Assembly: GCA_965235115.1 (NCBI GenBank) | Contig: OZ249436.1 | Coordinates: 50,346,001-50,410,000 of the forward strand | Source: Laetmonice hystrix | Lineage: Eukaryota | DNA: 64,000 bases | Reading direction: 5' to 3' | Part shown: positions 1 through 12,924 of the stretch, one piece after another | Layout of the letters: each line of letters begins with the position of its first letter | Position numbering within the stretch: the first letter of the stretch is position 1 | Made by a program: the position numbers and the translations under genes | Notes under the pieces: model-generated | Told to the model about the DNA's origin: nothing | The model's database searches: none | Seen by the model: only the letters and a program-made list of their open reading frames with translations

Positions 1-1884
1 TCTCCATCTTCAGACCAGATCTAACGGAATCAGCCAGCGCTGAGTGCATCTACCTGTGTCCAATCAGTGTCAATAAACCGGGCAGATCTCGGCCAGAGAG
101 CCGGTGCTGCTTACATAACCCAGGCCTCTTGTGGTGCCGGGCAGGGCGTAATTCAATCATATGATCATTATGTATGTATCCGGCAGGAGGTTTAGAGATC
201 GCTGGGTCCGCCTTGGATGGCAACGGTTGCAGGCACAATGAGTCCAAACGTCTGGCTGGCTGGGCATGATGTTATCCGGCATTATGTCCGAAGTGACAGC
301 ATGGTGGTAGACCGCGTATGGTTTATAGCACAAAAATGGCGTAAACGTTAAAATTTAGTTTTGGCCTATCCACGTGGAAAAGGGAACCTAAACTGTGTGA
401 TGGAATGGTAACGCACAGATACAAGGCTAAGGGAAGGCACCTAGCTCGGACCAAGCCCAAACAAATTTCGTTGATGTTGTACGGGAGAGCCCCTGGGCAG
501 TTTTTCAGTTTTCGCTGTATTCTGAGACGAAAGAGTTGGACAGAGTGCGTTGGCCAACTTGTCCACGCTTAGTGCCATCACGCTCTGCCTAAGGAATTTA
601 CTTAAATATTCAGGAATGGTGAAATCTTCCCATCTGGCCATTAAAGGCACTTATCGATCAGGGAGCCGTATAGGTGTGCCTCAGATAACGGTACTGACAG
701 GGTGCTAAGTGCATGATGTTCTTCCCTGCTCCTCGTGTTCCTTTATCAGAGAAAGTCTGCATGGGGGCGGGGGCCGACCCGGGCGACACAGTCACTCTCA
801 GTGGTCACTTATATTGTGACGTCAATCATAATGGACGTAGCAGGGCTAAAAGCATAATATTGATCGGCCGATCAAAAATCATATAAACTGCCCTGGCAGA
901 CCAATCTACAGCACCTTTTTGGTGACTCATGGAGGTTACAAAAACACTGCAAAACTCCTCAGGTCGCGATCGAAAAAAAAAAACGAAAAGGTCACTTTGG
1001 AAATCAATGTATCCATACCACAGAACCACTGAAGAAACTAGGACTACAAAAATAACATTTCCTGTAGGCCTAAATTAAAAAAAATAACTCAGAAACCCAT
1101 GGCCACCCATGTCATTTTTTAAATGTAAACTTGGAGACTGTGACGAAGACATGGCCGACATTTCCCCCCTATTTTTTCAATCGATTCGTAAACAATGAAC
1201 CAATTAAACAGAAACCCAGAACCGCAAGAATATTGTTCAAGTCATAAAAGTCGACAGAAGGTGTACTCGGTGACCCCATCGATTTCTGCCCAAATCAATT
1301 ACACACGCCCCAACCACGCAGCATCCACCAATCACCTCTAGAGGATCAACTCTGGAACAGCACAAAAACTGACACTCGTGTCAAACAGGCGACTTTTTTC
1401 ACGCCGACATCAAAGATCCTTGGCTTCCTTAGCAATATCCCTGATGTTTCAGGGAGATGTGTATAGACATGGGCGGTGGAGGGTGATTTCTCTACCCTAG
1501 TAATCAACGAGTCTGGAGGATCGACCTCCCCAGTTATTATTGTAGAGTTTCTGGTTGAGTGACCCATCCTGGGTACGACTTGCAACCTGAGAACTTGTTC
1601 TTCAATTCTGTCACACCATTCCGAAAAAAAGCAAAAGCAAACAGCCAAACACCATTATCGTAGGTTATGGGAAGAAGTGTGTTTCTAGATACATGAAGTG
1701 AGTTCAATAGAGAGCGGTCCCTTTGGGACATAGCATTCTTATAATCACAGAATCGAGTACAAAATATTGATTATCATACCTCTCTGATCCATCCTCACAA
1801 GTCACAACTTATTTCAGTACATGCTTCCGTCCATCCTTCTAACAGGAAATAACTTGTAACTGGAGATGTACAGTCTGGTGTAGC

Positions 1885-2052
1885 CAGGGCCGTAATTCAT
1901 TGGGGGGGGGGGGGCTAGGGGGCTTAGGGGGCTTAGCCCCCCCCATAATTTTTAGTGTTGCCTAATAATTATCCTCCTTTACCAGGGAGAACCTTGGATC
2001 GAGCCCCCTCAATAATAGCCCCCTCAATAATTTGATGGAAATTACGGGCCTG
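1885..2052. mobile_element. MITE (hAT-like non-autonomous DNA transposon)
   Basis: TIRs CAGGGCCGTAATT / AATTACGGGCCTG. Perfect 8-bp flanking duplication GGTGTAGC (1877-1884 and 2053-2060). G/C runs inside. Confidence 0.85.
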
Positions 2053-2425
2053 GGTGTAGCATCTGGCAACAGCCAACAACTGAAAAAAATCTTCTCTGGT
2101 AGGCCTATATCTCAGGGGATTAATAATTCAAGAATCGCCATTACATTAAAAAGTGAAGATGGTCCTGGATGCCGACACTGTATAAAACCGCCATTATACT
2201 CCCTCGCTCACTATGTAAACGTTGTGTTTCCATTGTTGTTTTACAGCAATGCGACTGAATTTACACATGATATGGCTAATTTCGGCTTCCTGGGGATTAT
2301 TGTGGAGTACAATCATAGCAGATGGCAGGATTAAAGATTAGGAAGAGATTACGATAATAAGGGCAGAAGGCAGACACAATGCTCTCTCCGTGTGGCGACT
2401 TAATCTGCTCCTCGAGAAATCTACG

Positions 2426-2561
2426 AATGTCACAAAGAGCCGGTAGGTGCAGGTAGGCACGACCTCGGCTGCAAACTGCCAGGATACATCTTCAATGTCA
2501 CAAAGAGCCGGTAGGTGCAGGTAGGCACGACCTCGGCTACAAACTGCCAGGATACATCTTC
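2426..2561. repeat. Tandem duplication, 2 x 68 bp
   Basis: AATGTCACAAAGAGCCGGTAGG...GGATACATCTTC occurs at 2426 and 2494, near identical. Confidence 0.9.
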
Positions 2562-4480
2562 CTTGGACATGATGATGAAACTTTCCGTCGTTTTTAGCCC
2601 CATAAAATAGGAATCTCCCATTCACTTTCAGGTACACGTTCTGCTGGCGTTCCATGACAATACAGAAGGAGAAATATAAATACCTTTAGTACATGTAGTA
2701 GTTAAAAAAACCATTGCCCCTGCCGTGACATAGCGCCATCACTGTGCTCTCAGGCAGAGCAGGTGATGGAACACACGCGGTAAGCAGCCATGCCCACGGC
2801 CTTCGTACAATAACGTGTCAGGTACCCAGTGTTATTTTCTAATCTGATCCGTCATTTCGCCCCAGGAATGTGTTTTGTTCAGCATCCTTCTTTCACCCCT
2901 TGCCGCTCGAAGTCTGTCAGAAATAGCGCCATGGATTTCATATATTTGATTAAACATCTCGCTTTAAACGGTGGCCTCAAACATACACACACAAACCTGA
3001 AAAGAGGGTATTTCCTCTCTTGGTTACCATGCATGGTCAGGCCGTGAACAGCATTTTCTTTCTGCCTTTTCACGGAATAATTTACTGGTACTTTAAGGGA
3101 ATTTGTAGGTTCGTGTGCCGGCGATAGTACGATAGGCGTTTCAGATCCCACCTTAATGTTCCTACCTTAACCTGGCATTGTGAATGTTGTGTTTTACCAA
3201 ACTTGTTCCACTGAATTACTGAATACTGCTATGGCCAGTCCACGAACTGCACTTGGCAATTAGCAGGAGTCCGTCCTCTTTTAATCTAGAAGTAAAACTG
3301 ACTTTTACCAAGCTGTCTTTCGCCATGTTTGCAGCTCCAGACAAGTTAGTATTCGAAAGGACACTGGAGGGGGGTGATTCTTTTATAGATTCACTGGCAT
3401 TTACTGTGCATGCTAAGAACCATAACCACTCTAGAATATGTCACAACATATGTAGCAGGTAGGAGCTTACGGACCAGAAACAGAGAGAACTTTACTCAGA
3501 TTGCCGAAGACACAGCAATAAATGCCGTGACGGATTGGACTGCGGCTGTGTCGATCCGATCTGACAACATTCTGCAGACATCTCCAGCACCAAGTCTGGT
3601 CCAGAAATTATACTGGAGTCTACAAAGAAAGGCTGCTTGGAATGTGAAATCTTGCGATGTCTTTCAATTGAAGTACCCGATTTTACAATAAAATATCGGC
3701 GCTTCTTTCAACTATAACTTACAACCCCAATTGCAATATTCATAATAATACTATAAAAACACACTTAAATAAAAATTGATGTTTCATCCGAGTTCGTTCT
3801 AGATATATACTTTAAAACGTCAGAAACTCGTGTTTGCGAATCTATCGTACATAGATGCCATTCCTTTTGAGCCAGTCCAGTTCATTCACGGCCTGTGGTG
3901 ATGATATTCGGGAAGTATGAACACTTCTTACCAACATCTTTTTACACTCATGGCGTATCACAACCTGCCTTTCCCTGTTCTGATTCCCACTGACCCGCAT
4001 GATGAAATCTGCATGGCTTAACGAAAAACAAGCAGACTCCTCTTTATTTCTGACTGACATCTCTCTAGGCCTCTTCTACCTCTCAAATATCAAAGGTCGC
4101 TATACTTCTCGCTTGGCAGATACTGCATTAAAGTTATCGAGACCAACCAGTTCGCTCTTTTTAACAACACAACTGAAAGCACGACGTATGTATCATGCAC
4201 TCATTTGGTGTTCAAATATAATGAAATGTACATGTCTATTCGGAGCTCATGGGTTGTTCAACTATACACATAGGTACAAGAACTATCAATGACTCAACTT
4301 TGGCTAATGGTCAGTTATAACTCATTCAAGCTTGAGCACGTTTCTGGGGATAGAGCTAATGCTGCCGGCGTCCTTGCATGTGTTATAACCAACAGGAGGC
4401 CTATACTAGACAATAGCAATGCGCATGGGCTGTAAAAAGGCCTAATCTATATTTAAATAACGACGATTACAAGACATAGT

Positions 4481-4735
4481 CAGGCATGGATCCAGGATTT
4501 TTTAAATGGGGGTGACACAGACTTTTTAAGAATACACATTCATTAAAACTAATCTCGATATCCTTACTTGAAATAACAACGTTATTTGAACTAAAGAAAC
4601 ATCTTTTATTCAAGCAGCCAAATCTTGTAACATGGTCACATTATAATGCCGCGGTAATTGAAAAACTATGCTCGGTCAATTTGATGGGTGGGGGAGGGGG
4701 GCACGTGCCCCCTATGCCCCCTGGATCCGTGCCTG
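4481..4735. mobile_element. CAG-terminal MITE
   Basis: TIRs CAGGCATGGATCCAGG / CCTGGATCCGTGCCTG. No clean TSD (ATAGT vs TCAGT). Confidence 0.7.
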
Positions 4736-7363
4736 TCAGTGTAAGGTATAAATAAGACACTATATGTCGATGTCTGATAGTTGCCGCTTGGTAGGGTCGG
4801 CCCTCTATGATCACGTCCGTAAAGTATCTGACGAATTTCATATGTCTGCACGATTCTCCGATATAATCTAAAGCTCCCCTACCTTTTTATGTGCGATTTG
4901 GCGGGTATTATGTAAAATAAATTCTAAACGTCGCCAAATGTTATTTCAGTCACTGAAAATGATCTACTTGGCTTCCAAGACCCCGGGAGTTGGTTTTCCT
5001 ATTGCTAGATTTCGAATATTGTCAGCATTATTCTCGGGAAAGTTACGGATATTTGTTTCACGAATTTTGGAACTACACAACGTGCAAACGATTCGCGACA
5101 TGCCAAAATGGTGGCATTCAACATTCATTGCACGCACTCCAACTGGTTTTTTTAAATTTTTCTCACCACCAGGAAAGTTTTACAGCTGTTTGCTCAGAGC
5201 ATGATTGTGTTAACGGAATCAATATGACATTCACTGCCATAATGTACGCCAGTGGTGAGGAGTAAAGCACGAATCTGAAGATTTCAGTCGATTCCGCGCA
5301 TGAGACAATCCCTTTAATAACCCCCCCCCCCCCCCGGACAACTTCTCTATTGAGGATCCATGTTCACGTTCTGTACGCTCGACCCTGTAGATATATGCCA
5401 AGAACGGTGTGTCAGATGTTTAGAGTGTTCCTAGACCCAACTCCCACACTAGAGCAGTGTACTCCTGGATTCCTATGGCTCTAACCCCCTTAACATGTTC
5501 GGTGGAGTCCACTGTGTCATGTATCTTACTATGTATGCTTGGCACAGGGCGGAGTAAAGTGCACTTAAGACTCCTGAGGTCTTCTCCCAGCGATGGCAAA
5601 CGCAACTTCCCCTCTGGCTTCGCGCTTGACAAATGGCTTCTTCTAAAAGAGGCTTAACCATGATTTCACATTGCAGGCCTGACTTGGGTTGTTAATTTTT
5701 CCCGGGGTGCAACGAAGGGTAGGGGCAGGATGATGGGTGGGCAAAAATCAGTTTGTCTGAATCTTGGGGGCTTAATTGAAAATATGTGGGGAAAACTTAC
5801 ACACAGTCACTCAGTGTCACACGATGTTACCACAGAAATACGCTTCCATAAATTAGCAACCCGTTAAAATATTCCTTTCTTGCATGTTACGGCTTTAATA
5901 TTTATAAGCTCCTTTCAAATAATTTCAAGAATATATTCAAAATGCATTACATTGTCTTGCTAAGTAAACGGTTTCAAACCTGTTTCAAATTTCGAAACGT
6001 TCACGAAGTAATGATATAATGAACCTCAGGGATTTGCTATAACTACACTAGATCATAGAACGTCTGCAACAATCAACATAAAAGCATAATGTGAAGTAAT
6101 GTCTTACGACTGCATTCACCTTCAACGCTACTACTGCAATACTAGGACCACTAATCTCGAGTATCGGGTAGGCCTAATCGACCCATGAGTGTTTGCAGTG
6201 TACACTGATATCACAGCAGCTGTCAGTAGTGATGAGGATGCTGATCTTATGGTCAGTACATCCCCTCCCGGAGCGAACAGTGCTGGCCAAACACGGATGC
6301 CGAATTATCCGGAGATTATTGAGTGGGAAGTTCCCGCAGCCTGGATTAACTCTTAACGGTGTGGGTACTCGGAGAGGGGTGTGGCGGGGATGGGTGAGAC
6401 TGGGCCGGTGGTCACAGCTGGGGGCGGGAGTTGGGGAGAGAAACCCCCGCTGGTCAGGTGGTAGGGCGGTCGTCCGATGATCTTCAGGAGCCACCCGGGA
6501 ACGTGTGGCTCCGAAACTCGGACTGACATCGACCATCGTGTCAGTCATCAATCTATAGTCGGATTTAGCAATGGAGAACGGTTTCACTCGATAAATCCTT
6601 AGTGATAAAATTATATAAGTGTAGACTGATGGACTTACTGTGGAAAGTCCGATACGGTCGGTATAATGGATTACTCGACGTGTGCGATCTACTCTAGATC
6701 GTCCAGGTTAGTCTCCAGAAGGGAATATCATATCAGTACAACTATACTTCATGGATACATTTGAAAGTCATATTATCAGGGAGGTGATGAGTCCCTGGCC
6801 CTTGAGTTGAATACATTATTAGCACAATGAACTGTTCGAGGGAGGTGGCATGTAGAACTTTCCTCAAGAGCAGGAGTTTTAGATTTGTAACACACACAAG
6901 TCCTTGTATCTTTGAGATATACGAAACAGTCAGACGAGAACGAAGAAAGGTTCACACAAGTCATTATACTCAATGGCTGGGAAGCCACAGGAGAATTTCT
7001 TGAACACGGTGAATAAATGAATGTAAGTTGGACCAACTGTTATAAATTACAACAGTCACTGGTGGTCATACACCATGTATAGGTACTCCTGATGGCCAAT
7101 TCCGACGGCAAGACGCCTTTGAGTTATAGTATTCTGGCTTGTCGTATTAGTCAATTCAGATTGTAGAAAAAGAAGCGGTATGCTACGTTTTTCGTGGTGA
7201 ACACAAGGACGACATGCAGTAAGAATTAACGAGCACTTCAAATAACGGTTTTAAGAGCATTCAAATCGAAGCCATTTCTGGACGGTTGGTACAGAGTGTA
7301 ACTTGAAAGGCGACTTTATCATATATTATAGGCTCGTGAACTCTCGCTATGAGAATTCCTTCT

Positions 7364-7430
7364 ATATTTATTTATATATTTATTTATTATGTATTATTTT
7401 TTATTTATTTATTTATTTATTTATTTATTT
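7364..7430. repeat. (TATT)n microsatellite / AT-rich low complexity
   Basis: Run of TATT/ATTT units. Confidence 0.85.
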
Positions 7431-8117
7431 TTGCATTGTCAATGTTTCTGCCTATCCAAAGGATGTAATCAGAAATATTTACAAAACACTTTTTTCTCCT
7501 TTTCTTCCCTTCCCTTCTATGTACCTTTTCTTGGATTACGTAATGTCTAGGTCAGTCTCCCTATACTATATATTCTTAGCGCCAGTACACTACGTAAAGT
7601 ACATGTCCCCCTCCCCCTGCCTCCTGCCCCACCACACAGATCAGCTATTCTCTGACCTGGAACCTCCTTCGTCCTCCATCAATGGATGTTTGCCTCCAGG
7701 GCACGTGGCCGGCTGGCACCCATCAGAGTTTTCCTTATGTCCAATCGGTAGGTGGTAGACTTCAGGCGGCGGCAGCCTTTCACTGAGTCCCTAATGGTTG
7801 GCTTCTCGGGGCCCACCTGACTCTATGTACAGGGTCCAGTCAATGCCAGGTGCTCGCCAGTCTATCGGCTAACAGCATTGTTAGATCTAAGCCACACTAA
7901 AGGTCGCAGTATACAGGCCTGCTATGAATGACAGCTGCAGTCTAACATGTCACAGGCATATTAAAATGATAAAATCACTGAACCTCATTCTGATTACGCG
8001 TTCAGAACCAGGTAGCCTCACAAAACGTTGCGGAATTTTAGAGGATAACGGGAAAAATGTTTCCATAACGTTATGCTACGAGGTATGTGCTGGATTCCCC
8101 ATACATGTGAGGGTTAT

Positions 8118-8340
8118 ACCAGTGGACTGACACTATACCAAATGTTAGTGGGCTGACACCTGATTCTATATACCAAATGTTAGTGGATTGACACCTGATT
8201 CTATATACCAAATGTTAGTGGATTGACACCTGATTCTATATACCGAATGTTAGTGGATTGACACCTGATTCTATATACCAAATGTTAGTGGACTGACACC
8301 TGATTCTATATACCAAATGTTAGTGGATTTACATCTGATA
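8118..8340. repeat. Minisatellite, 35-bp unit, about 6 copies
   Basis: Unit GTTAGTGGATTGACACCTGATTCTATATACCAAAT with 35-bp periodicity (e.g. 8173, 8208). Confidence 0.92.
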
Positions 8341-10928
8341 CTCCGGTTTCAAGTCCACCCATCCCTTCTAAGTTCTCTATCAACCCAAACATTTCTTTCA
8401 TTCACAACTTTCCCTCCCCATTATCTTTCGTCCCCATCTTATCCGCAGATGTACGTAATTTTCCAATGTTAACTGACGCGTTCTAGCCCTCATGAAACCA
8501 TCTTCCCACCCTCCAATTGAGCTGTCCAAAGGGGATGCCGTTTCCCCAATGCCCAGTCGGTGGCCTCCTCTAGACGGTTTCTCCCCAGTGTCTACCCCCT
8601 CCAGGTGTGAGCTGACAGGTGTCATAAAACAATGTGGTATGCCGGTATATATTCCACAGTCATCGAGCCCATATGTTTCGGCAGACCCAGCCAAACAGCC
8701 TGCAGTAGAGAATCCAATACACGGTACGGAGGGCGGCATCTGCTTTCTGTTTGCGTAGATCCTCGTGGCCTCTGCCTGGCAGGCCGTTCTCCAACATACA
8801 ACAATCACCAGCAAAGTGTACAGCAGTAAGAGTACTGCATTCTTATCTTGAATGAAAGGATTGACTGCAAATGTTTAATAGTATTCTACTTTTGTCCGAG
8901 GTGTAACACCCAAAAAATAGTTCCGACGGGCCTGCATCCCTAGGGCTTGACGTCTGTGATGTTTGTATTTTATCAATATATCTTCATAATCCAAACACTA
9001 ATCCTAACCTTAATCCTAATTCATATGCATTGGACGACCTAGAACCTGTATACCCGGAGAATCCACTTTTCCATTTTGGCTGGCTTACATTCCTTTCACA
9101 CCTGCATGTTCTGGACATTAGAGTACCTATGTTTCTCTCCAAAGCTACTCAAACGGCGACAAACTTATTTCCATACCTCCTGATAACGGTATCATTAAAT
9201 CAATGCTTCATCAACTCCAGTAAAAGTCCAACACCTTGAGAGCGAGAGAAAGAGCAGAAAGCACGGAAAGGAGACAGAAACAGGGAGAACTGAAAGTACG
9301 GACAGAGAGAGAGAGAGAGAGCTGAAAGCACGACCAAAGAGAGACAAAGACAGAGACAGAGATAGCTAAAGCACGACCAATGTCCTATGTCCTTCCAGTG
9401 ACCCAGTTAAAAGTTTCTCCTTGTCCATTCATTATGTCCTTTTCACAAAACAGGACAGGTGTGGAAACACAGTGAGTAAAGTCTCCCACTTTAATTTGAC
9501 GCAATCATGTTACACACGTAGCTCTCCAAACAGAAGCCTCGTGTACAAATGCTGTCGGCAATAATTGCCAAGAGGCTGGCCATGGATGGACGAATATGTA
9601 CACATCATGTCGGTGCTCATGGCGAAAATGTTTGCATTGGATTTGAGGAGAACCTTCATAAATATTGACTGAATCTCTCTCTGACATGGTAAGAGGCCAA
9701 GCATGCAGCGTGGGTCATGCTTCACCAGCAACATACACATCAAACGAATCACTGTCATATATTCTGAAGGCATGCCGTAGATCTAACTCTCATAGATAAC
9801 TCAAGGTCCGTTTGTTAGGGATCATTTAGATCCAAACCGTCAACAAAATCAAACACTCTCCACAGAAACCGGAAGTCAAGTTATAAAACACTATACTTCT
9901 CTCCAGGGATGTCACACTTTGTAAGGAAAAAGAAAAGAAAAGGAAATAAGGAGAATGGAAATGTATGTGAAAAGAGGGTTCAAGGCAACAAAATGCCAAT
10001 ATATCAACTCCTCTACGCGTAACAATAAGAGAATGAAATTTCGTTCCTCTCCTGGTTCCCTGTAGTCGAGTTGCTACAGAACTGGACCTGGAAATTCTGT
10101 TAAGTACAAGGTTTTATGATTGAAATGTGTTCCCATGGGCCCTAGGAATATTTTGAACTTTGTTGGCAACAAATCAACTTTGGGGAAAATTTTTAATTAG
10201 CTAATTAACATAATTAGCCTGAATTAACCTAATGAAAAATAACTTTTGAACCAGGAGGCCTAGAATCATGAACGAAGACACTTTTCCATACAAGTTTAAA
10301 CCGAGGAATCCATTTCTGGCAATATTTCTCAATTCAGAGGTCAAGGTCAAGGTCAAATGTCAAGTTCAAAGTCATTCTCATGGAAAATTAACACATTTTG
10401 CTTTTTCCTCTGTTATTTCCGTTTATTTGGCATAGACTCATGCGTAATGGTATATTGTAGATAAAAGTTTGATATAGGTAACCTATTTCAGACTAAAACT
10501 TTTCATCCGAGGTCAAGGACAAGGTCAAATATGATGTAAAAATAAGACATTTAGGGGGGTTTTCGTCACATTCATGCATAATTAGGTCTAGATAAGGCAT
10601 GATGGCCCTTTTTGACGAGAATTTCACCTGAGCTATTAAACAGAGATATCAAGCAGCATCCTGAGGAACTTGAGTTTTCTAAAAGTCAAGGTGGATCCCC
10701 ACAGCCAAAATCCCAGATGGCTGCTGTCCGCCATCTTGGAAAACAAGGCAGACTCATAGCCTGGGAACCGTTTGTCTTAGAAATTAATATGACACATGTT
10801 TTTCGACTAAGTTGAGGTCGCTGAACTCATTTCTGACGTCAATTTTTAGAGAGGGACTGTGTTTTATGAAATTCAAGATGGCTGCCGTCCGCCATCTTGG
10901 AAAACAAGGCTGACTCATAGTTGGGAAC

Positions 10929-12490
10929 GGCGTGCCCGTCCTCTCATGATTGCAAAATTAGGAAGGTTCACTGCATTTGGATGCTTGTTGAAAAGGCATG
11001 TTTTTTCCGGTCTTTAAATGCCTGCTTACATTCGTTATTAAATCATGGATTTGAGATGTCTTTAGGAATTGCCGAGGATTTAGAAACTGTCCTGTCTGCA
11101 AGGGACATTAAAAAAGAGGTAAAATGGTCCATTGCATCAGGATCATTTATGTTGTCTGCTACGAATTGCTCCCGACAACGGGTCTGGAAGCCGTGCCGCC
11201 TTTTTTAAGTTTCATATTGAATTACTAGGGAGATGTGGTCACCAAGGCCGTGTCCAAGGGTTTTTTTGGTGTCTGTAACCCCCCCTGGGTGCCAAAGATT
11301 TCCCTTTTTAGGCTTTTTAGGTCTTAACTAACACTTGGACCCGTCCACTGTAACCCCCCCCCCCCCCTGCACCAATAACCCCCCCCCCCCCTGCACCAAT
11401 CTCTGGTCACTCCCACAAAGATCGTCCCATATCCTCCAGGAAAATTCCAGCAGCAGATCTGGTTCAGCTATTGCCAGGTCAATGGCTGTATAGGTGCCAT
11501 GACCGAGATGTAAGTACGTGTTGGAACTATCAGTATAAATGCACAGAGCATGGTTATCAATGAACTCTTCAATCCTCTTGCCTTTGCCATCACCGGCATC
11601 AGTTCCGTTAAAGTCTCCCGGAAGAAGACATGGGAATGGCAGTTGACCAACTAGATCATCAAGATCCTGCTGGGTTAAGACACTGTTTGGGGAATGTATA
11701 TGGAGCAGATAGTTATGGCTTTCTGCAGAGCTAAACGAATAGCTCTTGCCTGTAAAGGGGTGTCTATTGTAACAAGGCTATGGATGATATCTTGTCGAAC
11801 CAGAATGGCAGTGCCGCCAGCAGCATGGCCACCATCTGTTGTAAAACCAAAGTGAGCCTGATTTCTCTTGAACGCGACCTTGTCTTGGGCAGTAAGAAAT
11901 GTAGATAAAGGGCAAGAGGGTGGAGGTTTTCTGCTAAAATTCTTGAGTTCATTAAGTCGTAGCATCAGCCATTTCAACATCCTGAAGATGTTGAAACGTA
12001 TTTGTTAATGCTATTGCATTGGTGTTGGAGGCTGCCTTTAGTGATTATTCTCTTTTTTTTCGTTTATCTTTATGATTTTTGGGTACTCGACCCGGCCCGT
12101 GGAGGAGGAATTGAGGGTGTCTGGCTCTTTTTGAGACGGCTTTTTAGGTGGTTTATACTCGTGCTGTCAGCGGAATCAGGGTAGGTCACGGGTTTGTCCC
12201 TCTTGACCCACACCATCTCCGTTTGACAAGCGAAAGTTTTGACTGTTGGTGGTAGCAAATAGTGCTCTCCGAACGTGCGTGTCTCTGGGAAACTTATTCA
12301 TTGTTCTGTTTTAACCTTTAGGATATCTTTCTCCTTTTCCCCACGGAGCATTCGCTTGCAGACCTTCCGAATCCCCGCACTTGGCACATTGGCGAGGGTT
12401 TCACAGCTGGTATGGTCACGGGCTGTTTTTCGGAGCATTTGGAACATTTCTGTTAATTTCTACACGAGACGTTCCCATGCCCATGTAGGG
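10929..12490 (-). pseudogene. Degraded non-LTR retrotransposon (I/Jockey-group-like LINE): ORF1 C-terminus plus ORF2 AP-endonuclease
   Basis: Minus-strand translation gives GGTAILVRQDI...TICSIYIP, then (frameshifted) GDFN and LCGSDH endonuclease motifs. Upstream are Cys-rich and ISFPE-type ORF1 remnants. Multiple stops and frameshifts. Confidence 0.8.
11243..11403. mobile_element. Small G/C-run MITE-like insertion nested in the LINE fragment
   Basis: Interrupts the SDH-coding segment, is flanked by duplicated TGGTCAC (11236-11242, 11404-11410), and is absent from the mirror copy at ~12570. Confidence 0.7.
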
Positions 12491-12550
12491 ATTCACCTTG
12501 AATTTTAGAAAACTCAAGTTCCTCAGGATGCTGATTGACGTCTCTGCTTA

Positions 12551-12924
12551 ATGGAGCAGAGCCTTTGTGGGAGTGACCACTTCTCCCTAATAATTCAATA
12601 TGAAGGACCCAACATAGGGGAAAAACAACCAAGGTGGCAACTTAAAAAAGGCAACTGGCACGGCTTCCAGACCCTTTGTCAGGAGCAATTCACAGCAGAC
12701 AACATAAATGATCCTGATGCAATGAACCATTTCACCTCTTTTTAATCTCCATTTTAGACAGGACAATTTCTAAATCCTCGACAATTCCTAAACACGTCCA
12801 TGACTTAATGACAATCTAAGCAGGCATTTAAAGACCAGAAAAAAAGCACAACGCCTTTTCAACAGGCATCCAAATGCAGTGAACCTTTTTAATTTTGCAA
12901 TCATGAGAGGACGGGCACGTCGTT
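12551..12924 (+). pseudogene. Second, inverted partial copy of the LINE ORF2 fragment (endonuclease C-terminus/linker)
   Basis: ORF LCGSDHFSLII...PRWQLKKGNWHGFQTLC. Reverse complement of ~10929-11242 plus 11411-11420. Confidence 0.8.
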